From a virus: a stretch of DNA of 64,000 bases. The stretch lies in the IMG/VR virus record IMGVR_UViG_3300042564_002458, positions 32,001 through 96,000 of that record; one strand, given 5' to 3'. Made by a program: the position numbers and the translations under genes. A model generated the notes under the pieces. The model saw nothing but the letters and a program-made list of their open reading frames with translations. It was not told the DNA's origin and ran no database searches. Below are positions 29,771 through 39,458 of the stretch, piece after piece (within the stretch, counting starts at the first letter, position 1; the number at the start of each line of letters is the position of its first letter).

Positions 29771-30472
29771 TTAATCCCAAAGACCTTGATAATATTTACC
29801 AAACAAACGAAAACCATTCTGAATACGATCTTGTACTAGTTTCATACCATCATAATCACATTCATATGTATGATTCGGGCCATCTGCCATCTGATAAAGT
29901 TTGGCATCTTCTTCTGGTACTGGGTTGCCATCTCGATCAACCGGTAACCAAACAGTATCAAAGTTTCCTGAACGGAACGCATCTTCCCACGAATCGTCTA
30001 GCTCACATTCAAATGCAAAGATCATTTCATCTATGACCCAATCCCAGCGTTTAAAATGATTATCATCTGTATCATATTCATTTTCTTTTGGTGATGCTTC
30101 TGTACTACGCAGATTCATGTTCTCCGGTACATCTTCGTCATCAACAAATGGAGCACCGTGCTTAGTTTCTTTCAATTGTTTAAGCATTGGAAGAATGATA
30201 TATGCCAATGTATGATCCATTGACCACGTATCCCAACGATCAATTTTTACTTTGATTGTACGTTGACGTTTAGATTCAACCCACAAACAAAATTTTTGTA
30301 GTAATGAATCTTTGTCGTCTCCCCCGGATAGCCAAGTACCAAAATTATGAACCCAGTCCGGTTTACGTTTGAATCCATATTCATCTGTTTCTTTTTTAGC
30401 CCAAAAGCATAGCATTTCCGCGATTTGGTAGGGACCAATCCAGTTCTTATACTTTCCAATTTTAACTTTCAT
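29771..30472 (-). CDS. conserved T4-like hypothetical protein
   Basis: DTWSMDHTLA..PMLKQLK..HGAP..GFRLFGKYYQGLWD; promoter 30498-30526. Confidence 0.8.
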   Translation of the reverse strand: MKVKIGKYKNWIGPYQIAEMLCFWAKKETDEYGFKRKPDWVHNFGTWLSGGDDKDSLLQKFCLWVESKRQRTIKVKIDRWDTWSMDHTLAYIILPMLKQLKETKHGAPFVDDEDVPENMNLRSTEASPKENEYDTDDNHFKRWDWVIDEMIFAFECELDDSWEDAFRSGNFDTVWLPVDRDGNPVPEEDAKLYQMADGPNHTYECDYDGMKLVQDRIQNGFRLFGKYYQGLWD

Positions 30473-30529
30473 TTTTATCCTAAATCTATTATACTCTATT
30501 ATACTCTATTAATGAGTTATTGTCAAGAA

Positions 30530-30832
30530 TTATAACCACCGCAAAATGAACAACGCGGCCTGTTTTTCATCATGAAATCCGAATACATCATTCCATCCAT
30601 AATTTATACCATTACCACTCATACGAGAGAATAATTCTTTATTGTTTACGTAATAGAAATCCCATGTAGTCCCAGGTGGTCCAAAATGGTCAATGGCCCA
30701 ATCATAGGCTTGATTATAATCCAGACGTTTTTCTTCATTAAGTATAACTTCATGCTCAAATATTTCGTCTCTAGTAAAGTTAATCAATGCTCTTTTAACT
30801 CTACTATGTTTTGGAATGTATCTTATTCCCAT
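30530..30832 (-). CDS. KW-terminal array protein 11
   Basis: DWAIDHFG..W..FGFHDEKQAALFILRWL. Confidence 0.8.
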   Translation of the reverse strand: MGIRYIPKHSRVKRALINFTRDEIFEHEVILNEEKRLDYNQAYDWAIDHFGPPGTTWDFYYVNNKELFSRMSGNGINYGWNDVFGFHDEKQAALFILRWL

Positions 30833-31077
30833 TTTAATAAAAAAAATGTTAAATCTTCAGGATTTCTAAAATAGTACTTACTATGACCATCTATACTAAC
30901 ACACCATCTACTATCTGGAACACTTCTACGTTGAGCAATACCAAATTTTTTTGTACACCAACGATATATGTCAGCAGCCTCAAGATGATCAATATAATAT
31001 AGATGATTTCTCACTCTACGAGCCGTCATCCAAACTGTACCATTACTATGATAATCTTCTCTAACAACAAATTTCAT
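30823..31077 (-). CDS. KW-terminal array protein 10
   Basis: RWCTKKFG..RW..YYFRNPEDLTFFLLKWE (alternative start 31083). Confidence 0.8.
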   Translation of the reverse strand: MKFVVREDYHSNGTVWMTARRVRNHLYYIDHLEAADIYRWCTKKFGIAQRRSVPDSRWCVSIDGHSKYYFRNPEDLTFFLLKWE

Positions 31078-31283
31078 GACCATTTCAATAAAAATAATGT
31101 GGCATCACTTTCTTTGTTAAATTCCGCCTCAAACTCAAACCATGGATCCGAATCTACACGATCAACAGTCCACTCTAGTTCTATTATACGAAAATTTATA
31201 AAACTTGTACAGTGTTCATTTATCCAATCCACAACTTCCTGTACATCAAAGTCATTGATAATTTTAATCTTGACTACGACCAT
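31074..31283 (-). CDS. KW-terminal array protein 9
   Basis: DWINEHC..EFNKESDATLFLLKWS. Confidence 0.8.
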   Translation of the reverse strand: MVVVKIKIINDFDVQEVVDWINEHCTSFINFRIIELEWTVDRVDSDPWFEFEAEFNKESDATLFLLKWS

Positions 31284-31555
31284 TTTAATATAAATGCAGT
31301 TAATACTAGAGGATCATAAATTTTTAATGACAACCCAACAATATCAACCGAATTAATAATACACCATCTATTTAATTCGTCAAAATTATTATTCCAATAT
31401 GCTACATCGGTTAAAATTATTGAAGTATAATTAACGTCTTCTTCCAAATATTCTTCTGGAACCAAATAGAATTTATGTCCTTTCATTTCTGTCAATACAT
31501 CAATATGATCTTTTAACCAATGGTTACGTTGTGATTGATATTCGTCTGAATTCAT
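31274..31555 (-). CDS. KW-terminal array protein 8
   Basis: RWCIIN..DPLVLTAFILKWS. Confidence 0.8.
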   Translation of the reverse strand: MNSDEYQSQRNHWLKDHIDVLTEMKGHKFYLVPEEYLEEDVNYTSIILTDVAYWNNNFDELNRWCIINSVDIVGLSLKIYDPLVLTAFILKWS

Positions 31556-31761
31556 AATATCCACTTTAATGTAAATATCAAAGCATCTTTGCTCTGAGTA
31601 AATGTAAATGTTCCATCAAACAAATCAAGACACCATTGACCGTCAATCCATCTGTCACCGGCCATAATACATGATCCAAAATTATCTGTGCACCAATCTT
31701 TCATTTCATATATTTTTTGAATACTAGAATCATTTTCAAATGATATTGGAATTTTTGTCAT
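31552..31761 (-). CDS. KW-terminal array protein 7
   Basis: DWCTDNFG..RW..FTFTQSKDALIFTLKWIL. Confidence 0.8.
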   Translation of the reverse strand: MTKIPISFENDSSIQKIYEMKDWCTDNFGSCIMAGDRWIDGQWCLDLFDGTFTFTQSKDALIFTLKWIL

Positions 31762-32003
31762 GACCATCTCAATAAAAATAAAAGTGCTGATTTCTCATCT
31801 GGTATACTCACAGTAACATGTAAGGTCGTTCCGACACTATTTGTTCTAGTTCCATGACCTCTCCATATATAGTCAATATTGTGTTCTTTCAACCAGTTAC
31901 ATATCTGATTCATAAAGATAGATGCATCACCATACTTACTACGATCTCCGTATACTGTACGGTCTGTATCAGGTCTCTGTAACTCACCAACATAATAAGT
32001 CAT
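31758..32003 (-). CDS. KW-terminal array protein 6
   Basis: NWLKEH..IPDEKSALLFLLRWS. Confidence 0.8.
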   Translation of the reverse strand: MTYYVGELQRPDTDRTVYGDRSKYGDASIFMNQICNWLKEHNIDYIWRGHGTRTNSVGTTLHVTVSIPDEKSALLFLLRWS

Positions 32004-32004
32004 A

Positions 32005-32217
32005 CTATGACCACTTTAACATAAAAAGTAATTGTGTTTCTTCATCTACATGTTCAGTTAACTCAATGATATAAGTATTCATATAAGTATTACAACGAAT
32101 ACACCAACCAATACCATTGATATTACTACCAGAATTTGGTAATCTCTCACCTACTTTTTCAATGAGCCAATTTAAAACTTTGGCAGTGTCTTCAACATTT
32201 GTTTTTTCTATTTTCAT
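32005..32217 (-). CDS. KW-terminal array protein 5
   Basis: NWLIEKVG..GIGW..DEETQLLFMLKWS. Confidence 0.8.
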   Translation of the reverse strand: MKIEKTNVEDTAKVLNWLIEKVGERLPNSGSNINGIGWCIRCNTYMNTYIIELTEHVDEETQLLFMLKWS

Positions 32218-32468
32218 GACCATTTCAATGTAAATAATAATGCATCCTGCTCATGATCAAATGAGAATATGTATGTGACCTGTTCACGACCTCTGCCATC
32301 ATACACACATTGCCACGTTCCATCACGCCCAAAGTTTGGCCGATCAACAATACTAAATCTCATACCAAACTGTTTGTGACACCATGTACACATTCTTTCA
32401 ATCTCAACGTTGGATTTAGCGTGTATCATAACATTATGAGTTAATCGTTCTTTTTTGCCAACTATCAT
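32214..32468 (-). CDS. KW-terminal array protein 4
   Basis: TWCHKQFG..W..FSFDHEQDALLFTLKWS. Confidence 0.8.
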   Translation of the reverse strand: MIVGKKERLTHNVMIHAKSNVEIERMCTWCHKQFGMRFSIVDRPNFGRDGTWQCVYDGRGREQVTYIFSFDHEQDALLFTLKWS

Positions 32469-32707
32469 GACCATTTCAGTGAAAACATTAATGCGTGTTT
32501 TGCATCTTTAAAAGCCCAACGATCATATAATGATCTTCTTGATCTTGCCAATATTGGATTATATAATGCTATAAAATCCTCTTCCCACTTCAACTTTTGA
32601 TTATTACAAAGCCAACGATATTTTATCCATTGATCTGATTCAGTTTCAGATACACATTGTACTACATGTGGATATTCTCGTAATACATCGTCTACATATG
32701 GAAACAT
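32465..32707 (-). CDS. KW-terminal array protein 3
   Basis: RWLCN..WAFKDAKHALMFSLKWS. Confidence 0.8.
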   Translation of the reverse strand: MFPYVDDVLREYPHVVQCVSETESDQWIKYRWLCNNQKLKWEEDFIALYNPILARSRRSLYDRWAFKDAKHALMFSLKWS

Positions 32708-32922
32708 TATAGATACTTAATAGCAAACCAACTGGCAATAGATTCTTGATAAAATGTAAATACAACTGATTTTGGAATTTTTATTCCTCCATGATAATCA
32801 TTTTCACATGGAATATAAGCAAAGTCAAAATCTTTATGACTAACCAAATCACGTTTTTTTAAATCATGAACCATATCAAAAATCTCATGTATATCTTTAT
32901 CAAATAATTTAATCTCTATCAT
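32707..32922 (-). CDS. KW-terminal array protein 2
   Basis: FTFYQESIASWFAIKYL. Confidence 0.75.
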   Translation of the reverse strand: MIEIKLFDKDIHEIFDMVHDLKKRDLVSHKDFDFAYIPCENDYHGGIKIPKSVVFTFYQESIASWFAIKYL

Positions 32923-33176
32923 GACCATTTGATTGAAAACAATAACGCTGCTTCTTCTGTCTCAAACCATATTTTAGTTCCAGTCCAAACATAATGTGAA
33001 TCACCAACTGTCTCTCTACACCATTTATGTATTTCTACGTAAGTATCATTTAACTTTCTTGAAGAGTATTCAACTGAATAATATTCTTGATTTTCCAATA
33101 AATAATTCCAATCAATGATTGTTGGACTATTTTCAAATTTAATATTATCTAAAAATTCTCTTATTGATAGTTTCAT
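32919..33176 (-). CDS. KW-terminal array protein 1
   Basis: start MKLSIRE via ATGA overlap; KWCRETVG..W..WFETEEAALLFSIKWS. Confidence 0.8.
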   Translation of the reverse strand: MKLSIREFLDNIKFENSPTIIDWNYLLENQEYYSVEYSSRKLNDTYVEIHKWCRETVGDSHYVWTGTKIWFETEEAALLFSIKWS

Positions 33177-33538
33177 AACGTCACAAGATAACAAATCATA
33201 CCAATATATGTTACTTGATGTAACAATTGATCTAACCCTAATAACCACCAAAACTGTTCATGAGTAGTTGGTCCCCATGTCATTTTCTTATTAAGTTTCA
33301 TTTTTGCCCAATCAATATGATAATGAATAATCATATCGACAATTGCCAATATAATAGCACTTGATACATCAATAATTATCACACATAAAAATGTTCCAAT
33401 GCCATGTAACATGGCATGTAACAATCCACCTGGGTGTCCATATGTTCCCTTGTTAGACCATTGATATTTGGTCTGTAATGGAAAATCAATAATAAAATGT
33501 TTTACTTGAAGTAATAACATCAATGTAATTAATATCAT
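33173..33538 (-). CDS. DUF3307-like membrane protein
   Basis: KHFIIDFPLQ, LHAMLH, HYHIDW.K, GLDQLLH. Confidence 0.85.
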   Translation of the reverse strand: MILITLMLLLQVKHFIIDFPLQTKYQWSNKGTYGHPGGLLHAMLHGIGTFLCVIIIDVSSAIILAIVDMIIHYHIDWAKMKLNKKMTWGPTTHEQFWWLLGLDQLLHQVTYIGMICYLVTL

Positions 33539-34299
33539 GCAATTTCCTTGTTAAAATCAATCATCCACTCATCACTAGACATATAGTTAAAGTTCAATGA
33601 ATGAGATTTATTCTCCCAAGATCCTTTAATCTTGATTGATTCTGATGTGTCAAACATATGATCCCAAATATACTTAATCTGATTTTTACTATCAACATCA
33701 ATCATAACTAAATTATTGGTTTCAATATCAATCAACCAATATTGATCTACTTTAAGTTGAACTGTATTACGTTTAACTTTCATGATTGGTTTCATGTAAC
33801 GAGAAAAATTTGAATTAATAGAAACATAATTATGATTGTAATATGCATCTTTCATTTTAATTAATAGTTGATCTGTTTCATAATATTCTGGCAAACGATA
33901 AATTAATCCAGGTTTATCACTATCATATGTCATTCTATCACTAGTAATAAATGTTAGAACTGATTTTTGAAATTCAGTAAGATCATCTTTAAGTTGTTTG
34001 ATTAAGATATATTTACTAAAATAATCTGCCACTAATTCTGCATTATCATAATCTATCTGAGTTAAATTAAGAGTATTGGATGCTTCTTTTAAATTAAGAT
34101 AACGTTTTTCCCAATTATCTTTAAAATTTCTCCAAAGATGACAACTAATGGCCAACAAATCCTTATTAACTTTTATCTGTGAGGATGCAGAGCGATTTGA
34201 AAATATACTGCTATGACCATTTATTGGAAATTTCCCAATAGTAATACTTTTAGAACTGATTTTGGGTGATGGATTCCATAAAATTTGAGTATTTGCCAT
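33535..34299 (-). CDS. hypothetical protein
   Basis: SD AGGA; GLIYRLPEYY motif; first gene after promoter 34343-34371. Confidence 0.7.
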   Translation of the reverse strand: MANTQILWNPSPKISSKSITIGKFPINGHSSIFSNRSASSQIKVNKDLLAISCHLWRNFKDNWEKRYLNLKEASNTLNLTQIDYDNAELVADYFSKYILIKQLKDDLTEFQKSVLTFITSDRMTYDSDKPGLIYRLPEYYETDQLLIKMKDAYYNHNYVSINSNFSRYMKPIMKVKRNTVQLKVDQYWLIDIETNNLVMIDVDSKNQIKYIWDHMFDTSESIKIKGSWENKSHSLNFNYMSSDEWMIDFNKEIA

Positions 34300-34315
34300 G
34301 ATTAATTCCTAAAAT

Positions 34316-34371
34316 AATATCAGAATAGATATCTATTCTGATATTATAATTGATAATTGATTTACCGTCAA
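34316..34371 (-). promoter_or_regulatory. sigma70 promoter and stem-loop upstream of the KW-array operon
   Basis: TTGACG (34366-71), 17 nt, TATAAT (34343-48); inverted repeat AATATCAGAATAGAT/ATCTATTCTGATATT. Confidence 0.7.
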
Positions 34372-34392
34372 TGACTTTTGGATGATTGAAAA

Positions 34393-35214
34393 TTATATTA
34401 CTAGTAATTGATCATAGGTATAATTTCTTTCCATATATATGGATGGATGTTTCAGAAACATTGATTCTGCATCACCATCTCTACGTGGTTTTGATACAAC
34501 ATCAAAATTTACCAAATTAACTTCTTTGAACTTATTGATAATTTCAAATACAGTTTTTGGTTCTCCATAGGCAAGATTTTCAATCATCAATGATGATTGA
34601 CTAATTGCCTTAATCAAAGCACGACAAATATCATTGACATGAACATATTCACGTAATGCAGTACCATCTTTGGTGTTATAATCTGTCCCATATAAATCAA
34701 ATGAACCAGTTTTAATGGAATTGATTAAGTTAAACAAAAGTCCATCTGGGTTTGTTGGTGGGAATCCATCTGTTCCAGTTACATTGTAAAAACGAAATAT
34801 TGTTGAATTATCTGGCGCGAATTGTCTGACAACATCTTCTGCGGCACGTTTTGATAGTCCATATGGATTGGTTGGAGTTTCTGCACCACCAGTGGATGCA
34901 AATACAAAATTTTTGAATTCAATATATTTTAGTATGTTGGCAGTACCTAAAATATTAGTATCGTAATATTTTTCTGGATACTGAACTGATTCATTCATAC
35001 GAACCAACGCTGCTAGATGAATGATTGTATCAAACTTCTTATAACTACCAACACTCATAACATCAAGACTATCACAAATATCAATATTGAAATCAACATT
35101 AATGTCACTGATGTCTAAAGTATATACATTGTATTTGTCAGTACTGTTTAACATTTTTACTAAATGTTTGCCAATATATCCCTGAGACCCAGTTACTAAA
35201 ATATCAGATTTCAT
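34393..35214 (-). CDS. NAD-dependent epimerase/dehydratase (GalE-like)
   Basis: TGSQGYIG, IHLAA, YGLSK, FRFYNV, DGTALREYVHV. Confidence 0.9.
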   Translation of the reverse strand: MKSDILVTGSQGYIGKHLVKMLNSTDKYNVYTLDISDINVDFNIDICDSLDVMSVGSYKKFDTIIHLAALVRMNESVQYPEKYYDTNILGTANILKYIEFKNFVFASTGGAETPTNPYGLSKRAAEDVVRQFAPDNSTIFRFYNVTGTDGFPPTNPDGLLFNLINSIKTGSFDLYGTDYNTKDGTALREYVHVNDICRALIKAISQSSLMIENLAYGEPKTVFEIINKFKEVNLVNFDVVSKPRRDGDAESMFLKHPSIYMERNYTYDQLLVI

Positions 35215-35732
35215 TTATCACCTGTTGGAAATGGCCAATTATTGCCATTGACATTTATATTAGAAATATCAAGTATTGATTCCATATAATATTTATTCCA
35301 AATACGATCCAATACTTTCATAACTTCAGCATTGGACATTTCATGATCACTTGTTTCTTCTAATGAGTTAATAGTCCATATATTTTCTACAACATCATGC
35401 CAAGCATATATACAAACTTCATCTGATGGACGATGAATCAAACACCATGGGGTTAGTTCATGTTCGGGGAATTCCCAATCATCCTCTGTTGCTGCATCAC
35501 GATGAATAAAAATAGCATATGATTCCATGTTTTTATCGCCACGTTCCTCGTAAACATATTCACCATTTTCGTCTTCAGTTTCAAGATCACCATGACCATC
35601 GAAAATAATCTTAACATCTGAAATGTCAGAAATGTTTTCTCCAATTTCCAATTCATCTGGATCATACCACATAGTGTCCAATAATCTTTGTATAATTTGT
35701 TCATATCTATTGTAATCATAATCTTCACTCAT
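35211..35732 (-). CDS. acidic hypothetical protein
   Basis: D/E-rich; C-terminal NWPFP. Confidence 0.75.
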   Translation of the reverse strand: MSEDYDYNRYEQIIQRLLDTMWYDPDELEIGENISDISDVKIIFDGHGDLETEDENGEYVYEERGDKNMESYAIFIHRDAATEDDWEFPEHELTPWCLIHRPSDEVCIYAWHDVVENIWTINSLEETSDHEMSNAEVMKVLDRIWNKYYMESILDISNINVNGNNWPFPTGDK

Positions 35733-36076
35733 AAAATTCTCCTATCATCTACTAATGTCAATATCAATTGATATTGTTCCCATGCTTTATTCAATGATTT
35801 ATATCTGGTTCTCAATTCACGTTCTCGTGTTTCTTGACGATACAAAAAACTATCCATATGTGATACCAAACGTGGAAGATTCTCTTTAGGCATAACGATA
35901 TCTATCATTTCTACATCTTCAATCTCATCATATCCTGGAAAAGAAGAAAGATCAGTCATTGCATTATTATTGTACTTGACTCTGCGATAGCGTCTTGACG
36001 AAGTTACAACATTTGCCTCATATTCTTTCTTGAATATTTCAAGAGCTTCGTTATCATTAATCCACATTGAACTCAT
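35729..36076 (-). CDS. hypothetical protein
   Basis: coupled; SLNKAWEQYQLIL. Confidence 0.7.
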   Translation of the reverse strand: MSSMWINDNEALEIFKKEYEANVVTSSRRYRRVKYNNNAMTDLSSFPGYDEIEDVEMIDIVMPKENLPRLVSHMDSFLYRQETRERELRTRYKSLNKAWEQYQLILTLVDDRRIL

Positions 36077-36666
36077 TATTCACCACGTTTTGCAATAATC
36101 TTATCTGCCAAACCATATCCTACGGCTTCAGAAGCACTCATAAAGAAATCACGTTCCATATCTTTTGATAATTCATCATATGTCTTTCCAACTGAGTTAT
36201 GATTAACATAGATTTGAGTTAATTCTCGTTTCATTTTAATAATTTCTTTAACTTGAATTTCCATATCAGTAGCTTGACCACGAGCACCACCACTTGGTTG
36301 ATGAATCATATGTCTGGCATATGGCAGAATCAAACGTTTACCTTGTGTACCAGCTTGTGCCAATAAACTACCCATACTACAGGCTTGACCCATAACAATA
36401 GTACTAACATCACAATTGATAAATTGCATAGTATCATAGATACTCATACCGGCTGTGACACTGCCGCCCGGACTATTGATATAAAAGTGAATGTCTTTCT
36501 CTGATTCACTTTCTAGAAATAGTAGTTGAGCCACAATCACTGAGGCTGAGTGTTCGTTAACATCATCGTGTAACATGATGATACGATCTTTAAGCAAACG
36601 ACTATAAATATCATATGAGCGTTCGCCCTTGCTTGTTTGTTCTACTACCATTGGGATTAAACTCAT
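36076..36666 (-). CDS. clpP: ATP-dependent Clp protease proteolytic subunit
   Basis: [26 protein letters not shown] (Ser), MIHQPSGG (His), ERDFFM. Confidence 0.96.
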   Translation of the reverse strand: MSLIPMVVEQTSKGERSYDIYSRLLKDRIIMLHDDVNEHSASVIVAQLLFLESESEKDIHFYINSPGGSVTAGMSIYDTMQFINCDVSTIVMGQACSMGSLLAQAGTQGKRLILPYARHMIHQPSGGARGQATDMEIQVKEIIKMKRELTQIYVNHNSVGKTYDELSKDMERDFFMSASEAVGYGLADKIIAKRGE

Positions 36667-36753
36667 TTTACTGCTCCTTTTAGAATATCTAGTTCACGTT
36701 CTGTCATGTACAGTTTTGATTCTAACTCACGATTCTTTTCATATAGTTTCATA

Positions 36754-37377
36754 TTATACTTTAGTGGTTGTTCTTTTGCGAGTACTAGGCGGTGGACTAA
36801 CACCTTCTATATAATCGCATAGATTGAGTTTTAATGCGGCATCATGATCTAGCCATACATCCTGTGCGGGTAAGAGTTGTGACATGATTATGTCTTCGTC
36901 TAATCCAGTACATACTTTATAATGATCCAAAATACGCTTATTTGTCAATTCAAATTCTCGCATAGTGGCAAATAATTCATGACTTTTACCTTCACTTCCA
37001 GCACTAAATTGATGACTAAGAATACTGGTATTTGGTGTTAAAAATCTACGACCTTTTTGTCCCGCGATAAAAATCAATAAACCACAACTGGCAATTAAGC
37101 CAAGTCCCACAGTTTTAATTGGTATCTTACTAGATTTCATTGTATCAATCAGTGCAAATGCAGCTGACAAATCCCCACCCTCACTACAAATCATCAATAA
37201 TAGTTCTGGCTTATGAATTTTACTAATATAGTTTTCGTACAAAATCCATTCTATAACGGGTTTTACTGATTCTGCTGTAACGTCATCCATAAACACGTAT
37301 CTGCCAGCATAATTCTGTAAAGCCTCACTGTGCGATAATGGTTGATTATCATTATCATTAGTGTCTTGTTTGGTCAT
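36754..37377 (-). CDS. second, divergent ClpP-family protease
   Basis: ICSEGG, IASCG, ILSHQ, QDVWL; promoter 37407-37435. Confidence 0.85.
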   Translation of the reverse strand: MTKQDTNDNDNQPLSHSEALQNYAGRYVFMDDVTAESVKPVIEWILYENYISKIHKPELLLMICSEGGDLSAAFALIDTMKSSKIPIKTVGLGLIASCGLLIFIAGQKGRRFLTPNTSILSHQFSAGSEGKSHELFATMREFELTNKRILDHYKVCTGLDEDIIMSQLLPAQDVWLDHDAALKLNLCDYIEGVSPPPSTRKRTTTKV

Positions 37378-37471
37378 TTAAAGTCCTTGCTATTTGTCAT
37401 TTAACTAATATAACATAGAAAAAAAGTTCTGTCAATCAAATTGGTCATAAATATTATTTTAGGAGATAAAC

Positions 37472-37837
37472 ATGGATATTATTTTAAGTATTGGTGGTAT
37501 TGTTTTGGCTTATTTTGTAACAAGTTACTTTTGGAAGAAATTATCAAAAGATGAAGTAAAAAAAGAAGCCGAATCAGTCGCACCATATAAAGTTGAACCA
37601 CCAGTGGAAACTGTAGTTGTTCCGGTAGTGGAAGAAGTTAAAACTGTTGCACCTGAATTAAAAGTTGTAACTGGATCTGCTTTAAAACCCAGAACGACAA
37701 AGAGATCAACTAAATCAAAATCAACTCAATCATCTGCCACTAAAACTACAGCCAAAACACCGGCAAAAACTACAGCCAAAACACCGGCAAAAACACCGGC
37801 AAAAACACGTATCAAAAAACCAACGGATAATGCATAG
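37472..37837 (+). CDS. membrane-anchored protein with basic PAKT/TAKT repeats
   Basis: SD AGGAG, N-terminal TM, histone-like tail. Confidence 0.75.
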   Translation: MDIILSIGGIVLAYFVTSYFWKKLSKDEVKKEAESVAPYKVEPPVETVVVPVVEEVKTVAPELKVVTGSALKPRTTKRSTKSKSTQSSATKTTAKTPAKTTAKTPAKTPAKTRIKKPTDNA

Positions 37838-38531
37838 TACATTTTCTGTTGATTTAATCAGTGATTTAAATTTAACTGATACTGATATATTTGAATGGAC
37901 TGGGAAACAAACCAGTTTATTCTGTGTTGTGGCTGGCAATATAAGCAACAATTTGAAAGTTTTAGAAAGAACATTATCTCATCTTGGTGATAATTATCGT
38001 GGTGTATTATTCATAGATGGTAGTCTTGAACATGAAAATCTTCAAGACTACTATTATAGAGTAGAAGAAATTAAAGAAATTTGTAGTAAAATTAATAATG
38101 TGGTTTATCTACATAATCATGTAGTAGTACTAAATGGTATAGCCTTTATTGGCTGTAATGGTTGGTATGGTAATAGAAAAGATTCTAATTGTATTGAAGA
38201 GATTGAATATTTAGAAAAATATAGATCAGAAGATTTGTCATATATCAGTATGAGCATCAAAAAACTTCAACATAGTGAGGATGTTAAAAAAATGGTTATT
38301 GTCAGTAACAGTATACCAAGTGACTATTTGACATTTAACAGTCCAAATGTAAAATTTCCAGAAGAATTAAATTTAAGTTTGAGTTTACTTTTTGATAATA
38401 GTCACAAGATTGATAAATGGCTATTTGGAACTGATGATATGTCTATTGATGTAACATTATCAGATAGACAATATGTTAATAATCCTGTAATATCAGGATT
38501 ATTATATCAACCAAAAAGAATTGATCTTTAA
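37830..38531 (+). CDS. degenerate metallophosphoesterase-fold protein
   Basis: ISDLNL, VAGNI, IDGSLEH, WLFGT, NNP: metal ligands partly lost. Confidence 0.65.
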   Translation: MHSTFSVDLISDLNLTDTDIFEWTGKQTSLFCVVAGNISNNLKVLERTLSHLGDNYRGVLFIDGSLEHENLQDYYYRVEEIKEICSKINNVVYLHNHVVVLNGIAFIGCNGWYGNRKDSNCIEEIEYLEKYRSEDLSYISMSIKKLQHSEDVKKMVIVSNSIPSDYLTFNSPNVKFPEELNLSLSLLFDNSHKIDKWLFGTDDMSIDVTLSDRQYVNNPVISGLLYQPKRIDL

Positions 38532-38830
38532 TCACATTCAATTTTAATTTGTAGTGGATAACCCTGACTACGAGCGGCAATAGTTACTTCAATACCTTTT
38601 TGTTCGGCAATTTCATATGGTAACACAGCTACCACGGCACTACCAGCAGAATGAATATTTTCAGTCAAATCCATGGCTGATGTTTCGCTATAATCAAAAT
38701 ATTCCATCAATGATTCCACCACAAAATTCATAGTGGTAACATCATCATTGATATAAAATACACGATAGAATGGTGGTTCTGAAAGTTTAATATTTGGTTT
38801 AATTTTAGTACCGATTTCAGTTTTAGCCAT
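38528..38830 (-). CDS. clpS: Clp protease adaptor ClpS
   Basis: EPPFYRVFYINDDVTTMNFVV, IHSAG, YEIAEQK, YPL. Confidence 0.9.
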   Translation of the reverse strand: MAKTEIGTKIKPNIKLSEPPFYRVFYINDDVTTMNFVVESLMEYFDYSETSAMDLTENIHSAGSAVVAVLPYEIAEQKGIEVTIAARSQGYPLQIKIECD

Positions 38831-38902
38831 TTTGTTTCCTTGAAAATTAAGAGAGATAGTGAGACAAAATAGCCTCACTATTCGTTACAAGTATTTATTA
38901 TA

Positions 38903-39349
38903 TCACTTAAGATATTTAATGTCAATCGTTTTTGGTCTCATTTCTTCTGGAACTTGACGTTCTAGATAAATGGTTAAAATTCCATTAACATTTGTAGCAT
39001 CAATAATCTTAACATGTTCGGCTAATGTAAATTCACGTTGAAAATCGCGATTACTAATACCGTGAAATAAGTATTCCTCAGTATAAACTTCCTGATTTTC
39101 TTTTCCGCCACTGATGGTTAGTACACGATTATTGAGTTCAATTTTAACCTCACCCTGATTAAAACCAGCCGTGGCCACTTCAATACGAAATTTATCATCA
39201 GTTTCTTTTACAATATTATATGGGGGATAATTGGTTTGATTTGATTGAGAGGATACTCTGAGCATTTCATCCAACATTGAGTCAAATCCAATTCCGAATT
39301 TGTGTATAGATGGAATATCCAAACTTCTTAGACTTAAAGTACGTGTCAT
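38903..39349 (-). CDS. small heat-shock protein Hsp20 (IbpA-like)
   Basis: IGFD, NYPPYNI, AGF, GIS.R.F.REFTLAEHV, NGIL. Confidence 0.95.
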   Translation of the reverse strand: MTRTLSLRSLDIPSIHKFGIGFDSMLDEMLRVSSQSNQTNYPPYNIVKETDDKFRIEVATAGFNQGEVKIELNNRVLTISGGKENQEVYTEEYLFHGISNRDFQREFTLAEHVKIIDATNVNGILTIYLERQVPEEMRPKTIDIKYLK

Positions 39350-39418
39350 TTGTTTTCTCCTTTATTAAGCGATGAATGACTAATATAGACCCCTAAGGCA
39401 TCTACACTAATACTTATT
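39350..39418 (-). promoter_or_regulatory. late promoter + ROSE-like leader of hsp20
   Basis: AATAAGTA, hairpin TGTAGATGCC-TTAG-GGGTCTATA, TCGCTT-AATA-AAGGAG. Confidence 0.65.
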
Positions 39419-39458
39419 ATACAAGATTACGTAAAATAGTACAATATTATTGGATAAA

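Noticed and set aside
30530-33176. CRISPR array or integron attC cassette array
   Set aside because: Junction motif is short, degenerate and coding, with no palindromic attC structure; spacing is 200-300 nt of ORF; no cas or integrase gene seen.
37740-37808. 12/24-bp tandem repeats
   Set aside because: Encode the low-complexity TAKTPAKT tail; ordinary.
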